A stretch of DNA of 64,000 bases from Negaprion brevirostris (lineage: Eukaryota). The notes under the pieces are model-generated. The model did not search any database. It saw only the letters and a program-made list of their open reading frames with translations, and was not told where the DNA came from. Below are positions 1 through 13,123 of this stretch, piece by piece; the first letter of the stretch is position 1; each line of letters opens with the position of its first letter. The stretch is taken from NCBI GenBank assembly GCA_030324005.1, contig JARDVH010000128.1, forward strand, positions 12,385,786 through 12,449,785, given 5' to 3'. Position numbers and translations under genes: made by a program.

Positions 1-287
1 ACTAAAGCACGTGGGTGAAGGGTGAATGGGGAAATGTTTAAAGGGAAAATGAGGGGGGGCTTCTTCACACAGAGAGTGGTGGGAGTGTGGAGTGAGCTGC
101 CAGATGAAGTGGTAAATGCGGGCTCACTTTTAACATTTAAGAGAAACTTGGACAGGTACATGGATGATAGGGGTGTGGAGGGATATGGTCCAGGTGCAGG
201 TCAGTGGGACTAGGCAGAAAAATGGTTCAGCACGCCAAGAGGGGCCAAGAGACCTGTTTCTGTGCCGTAGTGTTCTATGGTTCTGTG
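1..287 (+). mobile_element. CR1-clade LINE 3' end
   Basis: ORF 22..213 carries the CR1 ORF2 C-terminal motif FFTQRVVGVWSELP...FKRNLDRYM, followed by a ttctatgg/ttctgtg tail. Confidence 0.88.
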
Positions 288-289
288 AC

Positions 290-1216
290 TGTGGTAAGAC
301 ACACTCCTCTTTGAACCCAAGTGAATGTCTGTGAATTTATCCTCAAAATCCCCCAGATGATTGTTATATTGTGAGCCACTTTATATCACTGAACTCCGGC
401 TTCAAATTGGCTTTCAAAAATCACACTTTCAGATCTTTTAAATTATGTTTTCCCTCTGTTGCTTCCATCAAGATTTTGCTTTCAGCTTTTACAACTCTCC
501 CTTCAGGTTTCCTTAGTTTTAAAGGTTTATATACAAACACCAAGGTCCAACCACCAATTTCCAAAATTATTCAAAATAACGTCCCCCAAACTGTAGTAAT
601 TTCTCACAAATCTTAACACTTCAGCAAATATCTTTCTGGCCTCTCACAGTCCAGTGCTAGTTCAACTCTCTCTGACTCTACTGTACAGTAATCTGTTCTG
701 GTTCCCAGTTTCTTCTGTTCCATTAACTCCAGACTTCTTGGAAACTTCTTTTCATTTCTCTAGCTTTCTTAACTAGCTAGACTTTAGATTTCCAGCATTT
801 GTTTTCTCAACTATTACACCACAGTATGGCTTCTCTTTTTGCAAGTCTGAGAGAGATGTTCCCCCTTCTAGCAGAGCTGTGAGAGCTGCCTTGTCTCCCA
901 CTACTGGTCCCCAACTGCAACCAAATTAGCTAAACTAAAAACTTAAAAGGTTCTCCGTTTTACAAGGCCCCAGTTGCTAAGTAACTGCTGCTGGTTTATT
1001 TACTTTTCATGTGGTAGCCCTCTCTAAGCATAATAAAATCACAGTTGAAATTGAAACCAACCCCACACATACAAATACCTTTGTCCAGCATGGATCTCAC
1101 TAGGTTTTATTCTTCCAGACACACAAACATTAAATTAAACCCACTTAAAACAATTTCTTAAAGTTTACCAATATAAATACTATATAAATACTAATACTAC
1201 CTTTGTCTTCTTCACA
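290..1216. mobile_element. Possible solo LTR (Gypsy-like)
   Basis: Starts TGTGGTAAGAC and ends GTCTTCTTCACA (TG...CA, imperfect inverted ends), noncoding; no clear target-site duplication. Confidence 0.35.
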
Positions 1217-2829
1217 AACACATGCACAATTTGCCGACTGAAAAACTATGGACATTTATGTAAAAGCTTAAAAATCTGTCAGACTCTGAGGTTTGGATTT
1301 TCAAGATGATGCTTTTGGATATTTCACAAATCATTTGTGGATTTACATCCATTCATATGGAATTATTTGCCCGAGCTTAATACTCCTCAACCATGATAAT
1401 CTGGTAAATACACATTTTAGAATATTAATATGAAATATTTGAGAAAATGCTTTGTCCTCAATTTCTAATGAAGGCTCCAACATCTGACCCAGACCTAACA
1501 GAGCTTTACCAATACAATGTATAATTCTGTTTCAAAAACATTTAATAGACTAATGGATCACCTGAGACTCATAACAGGCCATGACCATCCAGGAGTGAGC
1601 TGCATGAAGGATAATGAATACCTGGGAGTAGTTAGAAGACAATAACATAACTGTGTGGTTCAGGTGATATCATAAACCATGAGACCCAGCCTTGAGCAGT
1701 TCATGACTATCACATGAACCATATCATATGATCACAGCATTGGAACTGTTCCAGGATTTGAAATATAGTCTCACTACTGTGCACGATGGAAACAATATAA
1801 ACTGCCACAGGATGCATTGTATTGTCTTATGCTAGCCTAGAGGGTCTCATCACCATCCTCTTCTACAGTTGATCTATTATGATCATCTTAAGGCCAGTAA
1901 TGACTATAATAACTGAGCAGAGTACTGTTAGCACAATGCTGCTACTATTTCACAACAAGGATTAATTTAATACTTGGAGCGTTGCTGGGGATAATGCCAA
2001 CTATCTGTCACTGGCAAGACAAAAGCAGTATGAAAGCAATAAAGAAGAGTGCCTGCTTGCATGATTCTCGTGGCATAGCTACTAGATTAGGTCAAAACTA
2101 AATAAGAAAATTGAAATGATTCATTGTGCTGTGACAGTGTTCGGTAATGTGTTGCGAGTGTCAGTGAGCTCAACAGTTTCCCACTGTGTAGAGGAATGTT
2201 CAACACTGAGGGTATTTGTAACTTCAGACTATTGTGTAAAGTGGGTGACATTGGACAAACCACCCATTATATACCCCTCTGCTGATTTTGGAAGTAAATA
2301 GACAGGAAGATTGGGAGAAGTCTATATCATTAGATATCACTTTGTGCCATCAGTAAAGTTACAGTAATACCCTTTTCCAGATAGTTTTCATTGACACAGG
2401 GGAAGGTGCGAACATGTGACTGAGAAAATCCGGTGGCTAGCATTGACACAATCAGACAGGTTGATAACCTCCAAAGGGACCTGTTGTTGAAACAGCCATG
2501 TTCACTTGTACATTTCCCTGGTTTTGACACGCCCACTAAAATTATTTAGGATATCTCATATATCCAAAAATTAAAGACCCAATTGAAGATGCATTGTATG
2601 TACGACCATAGAGAAGTCAAACAAATTTATAGCACAGAAACAAATCTCAAATTATAAATTGGTTGAGGTTTAGCTGCTCTGTTGAAGACTAAGACACCTG
2701 GAAGTGCTCACAGGTAACCAGCAAGGAATTGTCTAAAGGATACAAGTTATGCTTTCTCTTTCACTGTTCTTATTTAATGCCTCATCCATTCTACAGTAAT
2801 TGTGTTAATTTTTTCACTTCCTTATTTAG

Positions 2830-2982
2830 GCTGGAAAACGGAGTTTACCTGACTCTGAAAAGGCAATCGTTGACATCTTGGAGCATGATAGGCAGGAGGC
2901 TCTGGAAGATAGGCAAGATCTTGTCAACAAGATTTTCAACCTACAGGAGGAGAATAGGCAAGCAGAGGAGCTTAGGGATAAG
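2830..2982 (+). CDS. CARD11: CARD11 coding exon (approx. human exon 7), coiled coil: [51 protein letters not shown]
   Basis: ttatttag acceptor, AAG|gtaagg donor, 153 nt, phase 0-0; close match to the recalled vertebrate CARD11 peptide [31 protein letters not shown]. Confidence 0.96.
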
Positions 2983-3009
2983 GTAAGGCCTCCTGAAGAG
3001 ACTTGGACA

Positions 3010-3720
3010 GTAAAACTCGGTCACAATGGTCGGCTGTACCCCGATCCTTAGATGACATTTGCATAGGGTCACGAGTTGCTGTCATGGACCTTTTGTGTGA
3101 CTGAACAGGCCGACTCTGCACCCACAGATCTTTGAGCAGATGAGGCAGAACATCCCATATGATGATGGAGTCCAGAGTGCAGGATTGGTTTCCTTTCTTT
3201 CCGCCACTCTGCCTCATTGCTCAGATATTGTGATTCAAAAAGTGACGCAGCTCGATAGACAAGTTGTTGCCATTTTGAATGATTGGTAGAACCTCCTACC
3301 AGTTATTAGTAATGTTGCCTTGCTTCAAAGAGAGCCTCAGAGTGCCTTTGAAATATTTTCTTTGCCCTTCCTGGGTTAGCCATTTAAAAATTTGGAGAAA
3401 GAAGAGCTGGCAGGGGAGATGGTTTCCAGCCATTCGGACTCAATGTCCAGTCCATCGAAGTTGATTTTTGCAGGAATTTTCCCTGAATATTTGTGGAGCT
3501 GGCTTCAATAAGAACACTTACATTGGTTTGGCGGTTCTCCCATTGAATCTGGAGGATGATGGAATTGCTTCAGTGCTCTTATGTTTCGCAGATGCACAGT
3601 CCAGTTCTCACTGCAATGCAGGAGAACGGTGACGACAGCTGACACTGTATATTGACTGTAAAATGTTACTATAAGTCTGATTATGATCAGACTGACACAC
3701 GTGCCCCCTTGCATGTGCTG
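3010..3720 (-). mobile_element. RTE-clade LINE 3' fragment, decayed
   Basis: Minus-strand peptide SAVVTVLLHCSENWTVHLRNIRALKQFHH resembles RTE VVLPTLLYGCETWT.Y.RH.K.LEQFHQ; LRWTGH and GQRKYFKGTL further 3'. Confidence 0.75.
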
Positions 3721-3873
3721 ATCAGCTGCAAGTTAAATTTTTATTGGCACAGATAGTGCCTGCACTGTTTACACCTCAAGAAACCTTGCATTCAGCAACT
3801 AAACACTGCACGTCGCCACAATTACGAGAGCCATTCTGCTAATTCCAACCTAGCAATCCCATGACATAACTAT

Positions 3874-3998
3874 GTGGCATAGTGGTACAGTGGTTAGCAC
3901 TGCTGCCTCACAGTGCCAGGGTCCCGGGATCAATTCCAGCTTCGGGTGACTGTTTGTGTGGAGTTTGCATGCTCTCCCCGTGTCTGCGTGGGTTTCCT
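3874..3998 (+). mobile_element. HE1-like V-SINE, 5' part (runs into a gap)
   Basis: tRNA-like head cagtggttagcactgctgcctcacag plus V-domain tgtggagtttgcatgctctccccgtgtctgcgtgggtttcct. Confidence 0.88.
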
Positions 3999-4098
3999 NN
4001 NNNNNNNNNNNNNNNNNNNNNNNNNNNNNNNNNNNNNNNNNNNNNNNNNNNNNNNNNNNNNNNNNNNNNNNNNNNNNNNNNNNNNNNNNNNNNNNNNN

Positions 4099-4215
4099 CT
4101 CTGTATCTAACCCCGTGCTGTACCTGTCCTGGGAGTGTTTGATGGGGGACAGTGTAGAGGGAGCTTTACTCTGTACCTAACCCTGTGCTGTACCTGTCCT
4201 GGGAGTGTTTGGTGG
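4099..4215. repeat. 70-bp tandem satellite unit, about 1.6 copies visible next to a gap
   Basis: ctctgtatctaaccccgtgctgtacctgtcctgggagtgtttg recurs at 4099 and 4169. Confidence 0.85.
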
Positions 4216-4651
4216 AAATGCTTTGTGGAATGAATGATAACTAGTTGTGTTTCACAGCTCTAACCTTGATAATGAGAGTACTTATTCCTGTCAATGAAAC
4301 AATTGTACAGTGTGAGGATTCTCTGAAAGATTTGCCCTGGCATGCCTGCTCTGAGAGATTAATCTGAATACGCTGACGGAAACAATGGATTCCAATGCCG
4401 TTTGCCTCTTTATCCTTTTGTAGAGAATCTAAAAACTGTCAGAGATTAACCTGAGGGATCTTTGAAATAATAAAGCTGGTTTATGTAAATGGAACTGTGG
4501 GCAGATGAAGACAGGAAGTCTTATTTTTATTTATATAGTCACACAAATCCTTTTCCTTTCGCAGAGTCTGACCTACTGGAACTCCATTTAACACCCTATA
4601 ATTACAGACACAAATTCTAATGGCAGATTGATTGTGAGTCACCAGAATGTA

Positions 4652-4952
4652 ACGGTGGCACAGTGGTTAGCACTGCTGCCAGGGATCCAGGTTCGATCCC
4701 CAGCTTGGGTCACTGTCACTGTGGAGTTTGCATGCTCTCCCCGTGTCTGCGTGGGTTTCCTCCGGGTGCTCCGGTGCCTCCCACACTCCAAAGATGTGCT
4801 GGTTAGGTTGTTGACTTTGCCAGATTGCCCCTTGGTGTCAACAGGATTATCAAGGCAAATAAGTGGGGTTACGGGGGGTAGGGCCTGGGTGGGATTGTGG
4901 TAGGTGCAGACTTGATGGGCCAAAATGGCCTCCTGTGTTGTAGGGATTCTAG
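4652..4952 (+). mobile_element. HE1-like V-SINE, full length, CR1-type tail (tail A)
   Basis: A/B-box head (ggttcgatccc), V-domain, tail gatgggccaaaatggcctcc...tagggattct. Confidence 0.9.
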
Positions 4953-4970
4953 TTTCAGTCAAAACTTCTG

Positions 4971-5152
4971 GGGGCGGAGGATTCTTTGGCCTGTCCGCAG
5001 CGTGTTTCCCATGGTAGGAGGCGGAGTGCAGTTTACCAACGTCAGTGGGATTTTCTATTGATTCCACTCCCCGTGCCGGGAAACCCACAACAGGAGTGCG
5101 CCATCCGCGAGACTGCTAGATCCCACTGGCATGAACAACGAGAGAATTCCTC
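4971..5152. mobile_element. Short (~180 bp) MITE-like repeat; related copies near 21005-21176 and 34970-35165
   Basis: Shared blocks gggaaacccaca and gatcccactggcatgaaca across three copies; imperfect inverted ends. Confidence 0.65.
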
Positions 5153-5322
5153 AGTTATTGAAAGTTGCCCGATGATGTTAATTATCATTTCTGATAACAC
5201 TTAACAATTAACACACCATAACATCAAATAATCAGTGTTTACAAGTTATAAATCTGAAACCTGAAGTGTCTTTACTGCTTAAAGCTGAATTGTTACCAGT
5301 TGAGTCTTGTGAACTGTTTCAG

Positions 5323-5448
5323 TATCTGGAGGAGAAAGAGGATTTGGAGCTGAAATGTTCTACACTGGTTAAAGACTGTGAAATGTACAAGCACCGGATG
5401 AACACTATCATGTTTCAGTTGGAAGAAGTTGAAAAAGAGCGCGATCAG
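5323..5448 (+). CDS. CARD11: CARD11 coding exon (approx. exon 8): [42 protein letters not shown]
   Basis: tgtttcag acceptor, CAG|gtctgg donor, 126 nt, phase 0-0; inside ORF 5266..5487; near-identical to the CARD11 coiled coil. Confidence 0.96.
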
Positions 5449-5804
5449 GTCTGGATAAACACTTCATTTTCTTTTAATGGGACATGAAATGCACCGAGTA
5501 TGGACCAGACCTTTCCCTTCAATTTAAATTGCTTACCTTTCTTTGATTGCAATAATCCATTGGCTGTAAAGATATAACTGTGAACATCCCTTTTCAAGTT
5601 TTAATGTATGTGGAGATATCTACAGGAAAGCCTTTTTATTGTTTTGATATAGCGAGGAGAATAGTGAAGTTTTTATCATGTAATATACACTGCTTTAGAC
5701 ACAACGCCGTTCATTTATGTTTCCCATTGTGAAATAAAGTGACTGTTCGATCATAGCCTGGGCCTTGGTCCAACCTTTTTGGACTCAGATTTAGGAAAGA
5801 TATA

Positions 5805-7257
5805 GGGGGCGATTCTCCTATCCCACTGCGCTTATCTTTTTTTAGCACAGTGGGCGAGGAGATATCCACAGGGCCGGATTAGTGCAATCTGCGCTGAGTG
5901 TCCAGCCCCAAGCGCATCTCCCAGCACTGGACTTCGGGCGCTGTCAGCTCTGCACCGGAAATAGGCACAGAGCTGCCTAATATACTCAAGATTTAACTTT
6001 GATATAATTGGTGGGCCCTCTAGCCTCTCCCACCCCTGCCAGAGAGTTTCGCTCCAACTGAGTTTATAATAGGCAGCCTGACCCCGCTGGAGTGAAGCCC
6101 ACCCCCTCCAAGAGGGTTGAGCAGCAGGAGGTTGCCTCCTTGGTATTAGCACCTTTGCAGTGCCAGCTTGGGCCTCCTTCACTGCCCAAGGGGCAAAGTA
6201 TCAGTGCCCGAGGGCACCATGGCACTGCAGACTGGGCATGGGGCAGAGCCAAGGGGTTGGGGTCCNNNNNNNNNNNNNNNNNNNNNNNNNNNNNNNNNNN
6301 NNNNNNNNNNNNNNNNNNNNNNNNNNNNNNNNNNNNNNNNNNNNNNNNNNNNNNNNNNNNNNNNNNNNNNNNNNNNNNNNNNNNNNNNNNNNNNNNNNNN
6401 NNNNNNNNNNNNNNNNNNNNNNNNNNNNNNNNNNNNNNNNNNNNNNNNNNNNNNNNNNNNNNNNNNNNNNNNNNNNNNNNNNNNNNNNNNNNNNNNNNNN
6501 NNNNNNNNNNNNNNNNNNNNNNNNNNNNNNNNNNNNNNNNNNNNNNNNNNNNNNNNNNNNNNNNNNNNNNNNNNNNNNNNNNNNNNNNNNNNNNNNNNNN
6601 NNNNNNNNNNNNNNNNNNNNNNNNNNNNNNNNNNNNNNNNNNNNNNNNNNNNNNNNNNNNNNNNNNNNNNNNNNNNNNNNNNNNNNNNNNNNNNNNNNNN
6701 NNNNNNNNNNNNNNNNNNNNNNNNNNNNNNNNNNNNNNNNNNNNNNNNNNNNNNNNNNNNNNNNNNNNNNNNNNNNNNNNNNNNNNNNNNNNNNNNNNNN
6801 NNNNNNNNNNNNNNNNNNNNNNNNNNNNNNNNNNNNNNNNNNNNNNNNNNNNNNNNNNNNNNNNNNNNNNNNNNNNNNNNNNNNNNNNNNNNNNNNNNNN
6901 NNNNNNNNNNNNNNNNNNNNNNNNNNNNNNNNNNNNNNNNNNNNNNNNNNNNNNNNNNNNNNNNNNNNNNNNNNNNNNNNNNNNNNNNNNNNNNNNNNNN
7001 NNNNNNNNNNNNNNNNCGCTGATCTCGGCACTAGTAGATCAGTGCATGCACAGTGGCCTGCTCAGCACTATGCTGCTGGCCTCTTCTGCGGGGATAGGCC
7101 CCACCCCCTGATTTTTATCATGATTTACACTTGTGCACTCTCCAGTGCGCAGAGCATGGGAGATTCATTTTAAAACTCCTGCTGAAAGGTCCAGCAGGAT
7201 TTTCTCCAGTTTGCTCACAAATTTGACATTTAGAATTTTTTGGGGAGAATCACCCCC
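5805..7257. mobile_element. Non-autonomous TIR element (Harbinger-like MITE), centre hidden by a gap
   Basis: Ends GGGGGCGATTCTCC ... GGAGAATCACCCCC (14-bp TIR, 1 mismatch); GC-rich interior. Confidence 0.75.
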
Positions 7258-7349
7258 GAGGAGTGCAGCATCCCTCAAAGAACTCTATTGGAGCATACTA
7301 GAGTTGGAGAAAGATAGGGCACACATTTTTACAGCACAAGTTGTTTTGT

Positions 7350-7880
7350 GGTAAGTGTGAGTGAGTGAGTGAGTAGGTAGGTGGATGAGGTGGCTAAACG
7401 GATAGGTGGTAGGTGTGCAAGTGGACCAGGATATGTGGATGATGTGGAAAGGTGGGTAAATAGACATTGAAAGACNNNNNNNNNNTGTGCAGGGGAGGTG
7501 GGTGAAGTGGCTGATGGATTAATGAGTAAGGAATCAATTGGAAGGTGGGTCCGGGGTAGGTGGGTAAAGTTGGTAGTTGGGTGAAGTGGGTAAATGGATG
7601 GAGGTAAATGGATGAGATAGGTAGTCAAGTTGGGAGCATTGGGGAAGGTCAGAAGGGTAGTCATCGGTCAGGTTGGTAGTTGGATAGACTGGAGCTGTTC
7701 AGGAAGGTAGTTTGGTGTTCAGAAGGGAAGTCATAGGGGTCAGGGGAGTAGACAGGGCACCAGGAGGGTAGTTGGAGGATAGTGGGGGTAATCAAGGTGT
7801 CAGGATGGTATTTGGGTAGGCTGAGGGGAGTTCAGAAAGGGTAATCAGGGGAGCAGTCGGAGTAAGAGGGTTGACTGGAT
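7350..7880. repeat. G/T-rich low-complexity tract
   Basis: Degenerate gagt/ggtg/ggtag units, strong strand asymmetry. Confidence 0.7.
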
Positions 7881-7989
7881 GGTCAGTTCTGGAGTTGTCC
7901 AGGAATTGGACTAGGATATTTCTGTCCAACATTTCCTGAGTACCTATCCAGGTAATTATTTCAGGGCAGTCTGAATGATCTGATTCTGA

Positions 7990-8902
7990 GGGCCTGATTT
8001 TACCATCGCATTGCGCCCATTTTCAGGCATGAAAGCTTGGTAAAGTTGGACATGAGGTGAGTAGAATGATCCACACCCACCTCTGTGCTGGTTCCTCTTT
8101 TACCAAGGTCTGAAAATGGCCACGATTAGGACCATACCCAAAACAGGCATGACAACCATTTAAATGTATTTGCATGCATTTAAATTGGCTTAATGGGCTG
8201 CACGCCCAATTTTACTGGCACTTCCCCCCTTACCACCATGTTCACCCATCCAGAAGCATCATGAAACAGACATGCTCTACAAAAGTCCAATTTGGGCACT
8301 CCAGTTAGTGAGGAGATAAATGCCAAGCGTCCGACGCTCTCTGCTTTAGACTGATGGGTGGGGGGAATGGGAGGTCTGCTGCTACTCTGTCTGTGATTAG
8401 TGAGGGGGAAAGGGGAGGGGCCCACGATCAGGCTGAATGGTGGAGGGCCTGGGGGAGAAGGGGGTCCGTAATGTTGTAGGGGTGGGACAATGTCTTTGCG
8501 GCTAGGAGGTGGCATTATCCANNNNNNNNNNNNNNNNNNNNNNNNNNNNNNNNNNNNNNNNNNNNNNNNNNNNNNNNNNNNNNNNNNNNNNNNNNNNNNN
8601 NNNNNNNNNNNNNNNNNNNNNCTAGTGGAGAGGGGGGAATCAGCATGGGGGGGTATCAAATATGGGCCCAGGCAGGCTTGGGGGGAGGTGCAGGCGATAG
8701 GGCTGTAAGGGGTAACAGAACGAGCATTGCAGGGGTCGCAGGGCTGGCCAGCAATTGAGCTGGCCAGCAATCAACAACCTGGCAGACAGGGTCCACTGCA
8801 CATGCGCCAATCTCGGCGCTGACAGGTCAGCACGTGTGCAGTGATTAACTCCAGTTGTCACGCGAATTTGATACTTAGAATTTTTTTGGGAGAATCACCC
8901 CC
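7990..8902. mobile_element. Harbinger-like MITE, same end family
   Basis: Left end gggcctgattttacc; right end ttagaattttttttgggagaatcacccc, the same type as at 7230-7257. Confidence 0.7.
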
Positions 8903-9055
8903 ACAGTTTGGCACAGCATGAATTTTAATAAAATGTTGAGTTATGAAAAAATATACAATTTGCTAAAAATAAAAGGACTGTCAAAGCCATAAATTGATAT
9001 TTTAAAAAATGACTAGTTAATGAGGATGACAATTTGAGTATGAGGAGGTTAGACT

Positions 9056-9060
9056 GTGTG

Positions 9061-9094
<34 letters not shown>

Positions 9095-9311
9095 TGTGTC
9101 TGTGTCCAGCTTTGGGGTGTTCACTCACACACCCTCACCCACACCTATTGTGTGAGTGCGAATCTTGGGACTGGGAGTGAGCCAGACACATGCGCTCTCT
9201 CTCTCTCTCTCTCTCTCACACATACACTCGCACACAAGTGTTGTCTCATGCATACATACTTGTCTCTCTCATACAGAAAAACAAAGACATGCGCGCACTT
9301 ATGCCCTGTCT

Positions 9312-9345
<34 letters not shown>

Positions 9346-9570
9346 CACATGACTGTCTCTCGCACACTTTCACACACACACTCTCTCTCTCTTTCTGTAC
9401 NNNNNNNNNNNNNNNNNNNNNNNNNNNNNNNNNNNNNNNNNNNNNNNNNNNNNNNNNNNNNNNNNNNNNNNNNNNNNNNNNNNNNNNNNNNNNNNNNNNN
9501 NNNNNNNNNNNNNNNNNNNNNNNNNCACCCCCGCACCCACACCTACACACGCACATAGTCTTTCACACAC
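9056..9570. repeat. Compound (TG)n/(TC)n/(CA)n microsatellite region
   Basis: Directly visible dinucleotide runs. Confidence 0.95.
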
Positions 9571-9571
9571 A

Positions 9572-9835
9572 GTGGAGCCAGTAGTGTAGTTGTATTGTAC
9601 TGGATGAATAATCCAGGGACCCAGGGCACTGATCTGGGCACCCAGGTTCAAATTTGATCTGGATTCAATGAAATATCTGCAATTAATAGTCCAACAATGA
9701 GCATGAAACCCTTGCTGATTGTTGTAAAAGCCCATCTCGTTTATTTCCTTACCTAGTCTGGCCTACATTTGACTCCAGGCCCAAAGCAAAGTGAGTCTTT
9801 GCTCTTCAGGGACAGCTGAATAAATGCTGGCCACA
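9572..9835 (+). mobile_element. Second tRNA-derived SINE family, decayed; also at 27310-27657 (-) and about 59900-60055 (-)
   Basis: Shared blocks taatccag, ccttacctagtctggcctacat and tail aataaatgctggcc. Confidence 0.6.
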
Positions 9836-10827
9836 TACGCACTCGCGCACACACTCTCACTCTGTCTCTTGCACACTTTCCCCTAGCAGTAGTCAATATC
9901 TCTTTTCCCACCTCTCAGAAAACCTTCCTCCCTCTCTGGCAGACTCACCATTACTATCACACTGTCAGGTCTCAGGAAGAAGAAAGCAGCTCCTTCAATT
10001 GGAGACGCTTTCTTTCCCATATTTGCTGCTGATGGACTCACTAGTGAGCAACTGTCAGCAAACATCTCAAAGGAACAGCAGCCGATGGTCATCTGGGACT
10101 TTGACGACTTTTCCTTTATGGTGCTGTCTGTCTGAATTGCAGATTTTGTTTTTGTCTTCCTGGAAATTGGCAAGAAAAGACACACTCCAGTTCCTAAGGA
10201 ACCTATGGTGCGCTTATAGGAGTGACCAGTGATGCTGCATTTGAATAGAATATTAAGCATAAAAAAGCCCAAAAATGTGAAAAACTCCTTTCACTGCCTC
10301 AGGATGTCCCAAAGTGCTTTATAACCAATTGGACTATATTACCCAGTCATGGCTTTATACCTGTGCAAAAGATCTTACAGAAAAAGTCTGCAATTATAAT
10401 TTTACCAGCCTGGGGCACATCCTTCTCTCCCATTTTATGTATTGCTCATGCAGTTTACAGCATCTCAGTCAATGGCCTCTGTTCATGTTCTTTACTTTCC
10501 TTTAAAAGATACAAGAGAGAAGTCTCATTTCAGACTTTTTAAAATGGTGCAAGGAGTGGCTTGCTGAGTTATTCCACCTGTCTGCACTCTGTCTTGTTGA
10601 AAGTGGCTTTAAAGTTTGAAAGTAAAAATGTGAAAATGCATTAAGCGATGTAATTTATTGCATAGTTTCATGACCTTGTATATAGCTCAATTGATTTAAT
10701 TGATTTAATTCATTATTGTCACATGCATGAGCATAGTGAAAAGTATTGTTTTTGCACGCGAGACAGACAAAGCCTCTGATACATAGAGTACATAGGGGTG
10801 AAGGAAAGGAGAGGGTGCAACCAAAGG

Positions 10828-11295
10828 AACATAAGAGTCAGGAGCAGAAGTAGGCAAATTCAGCCCTTTGAGCCTGTTCCATCATTCTGTCAGATAACGG
10901 CTGATCTCTCCCTGGTCTCAAATTCAGCTCCCCATCAGTTCCCCATTTCCCTTATCCCATTTTTTAAAATTAGAAACATATCTATCTCCTTCTTGAAACC
11001 ATTCAACAATTAAGACTCCTCTGCGCTATGGGACAGCGAGTTCCACAAATTCACCACCCTCTGCAAGAAGTAGTTCCTCCTCATCTGAGTTTTAAAGTCA
11101 TCGCCTCTCAACCTATACCTGTGACCTCTTGTTCGAGACTGCCCCACAAAAGGAAACATTTGGTCTACATTTACTTTATCAATCCCTTTTAGTATTTTAT
11201 ATACTTTGATCAGATTCCCTCTCATTCTTCTAAACCCCAACAAGTATAAGCCCAAACTGTTTAAACTCTCCTCATGCATCAACCCATTCATCAGG
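10828..11295 (-). mobile_element. CR1-clade LINE 3' fragment
   Basis: ORF 11010..11408 contains LGLYLLGFRRMRGNLIKVYKILKG...RTRGH...YFLQRVVNLWNSL. Confidence 0.92.
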
Positions 11296-13123
11296 TATCC
11301 TATCTGGTAAAGTACTTTGGGGATCTTACTGAAATGTGATAAAAGCAGCATGGCAGAATTACAGAATGGAAAAGCAGGTGGCATATATAATGTGCGGGCC
11401 CAGTCCACTCAATTTCCCTTCCATCGCCAATGTTGAATTCCCACTACGTATCTCTCTCCCCTTCCCTGCACCTACAGAAACTCAAGACCTTGCCCTGTAG
11501 TTTTGTCCCCTAAATGTAATTGTCTGCTCTTTGTGCAGTGTTATGATAGTCAGTAACCTTTCTCAGCTGCATCAATCTTGGTTCCTGAGCTCATGTCTTC
11601 CTCTGCTGGCTTTCAATCATGTTCATTACTTGTCCTGGTTTTAAAATGTAAAAGCACTTGCATTTGCATGATACCTTTCATGACCACAGGCCTCCTTTCA
11701 CCACCACCACTGCCCCCCTGCCACCTCCCTCCCCCCCGCCGAGTGCTTCACAGCCAATGAGGTATAGCCGCTGTTGCCGTGTAGGAAATTTGTAGTGCAA
11801 CAGCAGGAGAGACCTGGATCAATGTGGTTTAATTAAATGAAGGTACTCAAGCAAATTCATCTGACAGCTAGAATTTGCTTTAATTGCACCAAGAGTAATT
11901 TCATCCCTAAAGGGATCTGTCGTTATGACTCTTCTCTTGCATGACAAAATGCTTCAATGACATAACCTATATCTGTAGCTTGAATGCATCCCTGCTTAGC
12001 TGCACTGATTTACTTAGAGTTGCTGCTTCAGACAAGTTTGGTTACCGACCCGAGGCCACCGAGCTAGCAGAAGTTAGTGCTGACTGAAGGCAAAATGCCA
12101 GAGAAGTTAATGGAGCAGGTTCCAGATAACCTTTAGGAGCAGCAGTGAATTTCAACACGAGCTAACATGTAATCAATATGAAGTGATCACCTAAAAGGTT
12201 GGAGGCATAATTTTTCTCAATGACAATTCAAATAATTGAGTACTTTCTACTGACAGAATTCACAAAACCTTTAAAGAGAATGGGAGAGCGCTAATAATAT
12301 ATAAGCAGACAAGTGCATGGCATAGCATAGGAAACTATCAGGAGTAGGCCATTCAGCCCCTCGAGCTTTTCTGCTGATCAGTTAACTTACACTGATATGC
12401 ACCTGGATTGCATTCACCTGACTCCATATTCCACACTCTGAACTAACAATCATCCATCAATCTCCGACTCAAAAGCTCTAATCGCCCTACGATGGTATTA
12501 ACTTGTATGATCCTTCGTTCAAAACAACTACTAGCTCTGCAGATTCAGCATAACGTAGGTGGGAGATATTGCCTTTTGAGCCAACATTCATAGGCAGGGT
12601 AGAAATTCAAGCCCATTTAGCTGAAGCAAGGACCAGGACAGACTGGGTACAGCTGTGAGGGCTGCGTTGGCTGAATTACCTGCTTCCAGACCCAACAAAG
12701 AATGGTTGCTTGGGAATGATGAAAGTTAGCTGACGGTATCTATTAATTGAAAAGAAGGATGAAAATGTCGAGGAGAGAAAAAGATGTAATAAAAAAAAAA
12801 GCCTTGCGAGACTGAAAAATCTATTAAATTTTATTACAGTCTAATGGCTATCTCTTTATAGCTGAGGTATTTTGGAATATTTTCTCTGCTCTTCATTGTA
12901 CTGTAACCTTCCTCATTCATACATGCACTGCAGGTTTGAAGATAATAATTTCTAACAGATTAAACCTACATTCCTTTTCACGTATCACAGCTCTTTCATA
13001 AAGAGCCTTTTATTACTTTGCCTGAAAGCTCTTATTAGCTTCAAAAGCCAGTAAATGCATTGTGGCATGCAGTGTGCGCGCGTGTATATATTTCACACAT
13101 TCTAATCATTGCACCCCTTCCAG

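Noticed and set aside
6092-7173. Long ORFs of 276-339 aa here, and up to 462 aa at 24975-26386 and 39078-39826
   Set aside because: They consist mostly of X translated from N gaps; artefacts.
9883-10272. 129-aa minus-strand ORF
   Set aside because: Non-ATG start, no recognisable domain, antisense within an intron.
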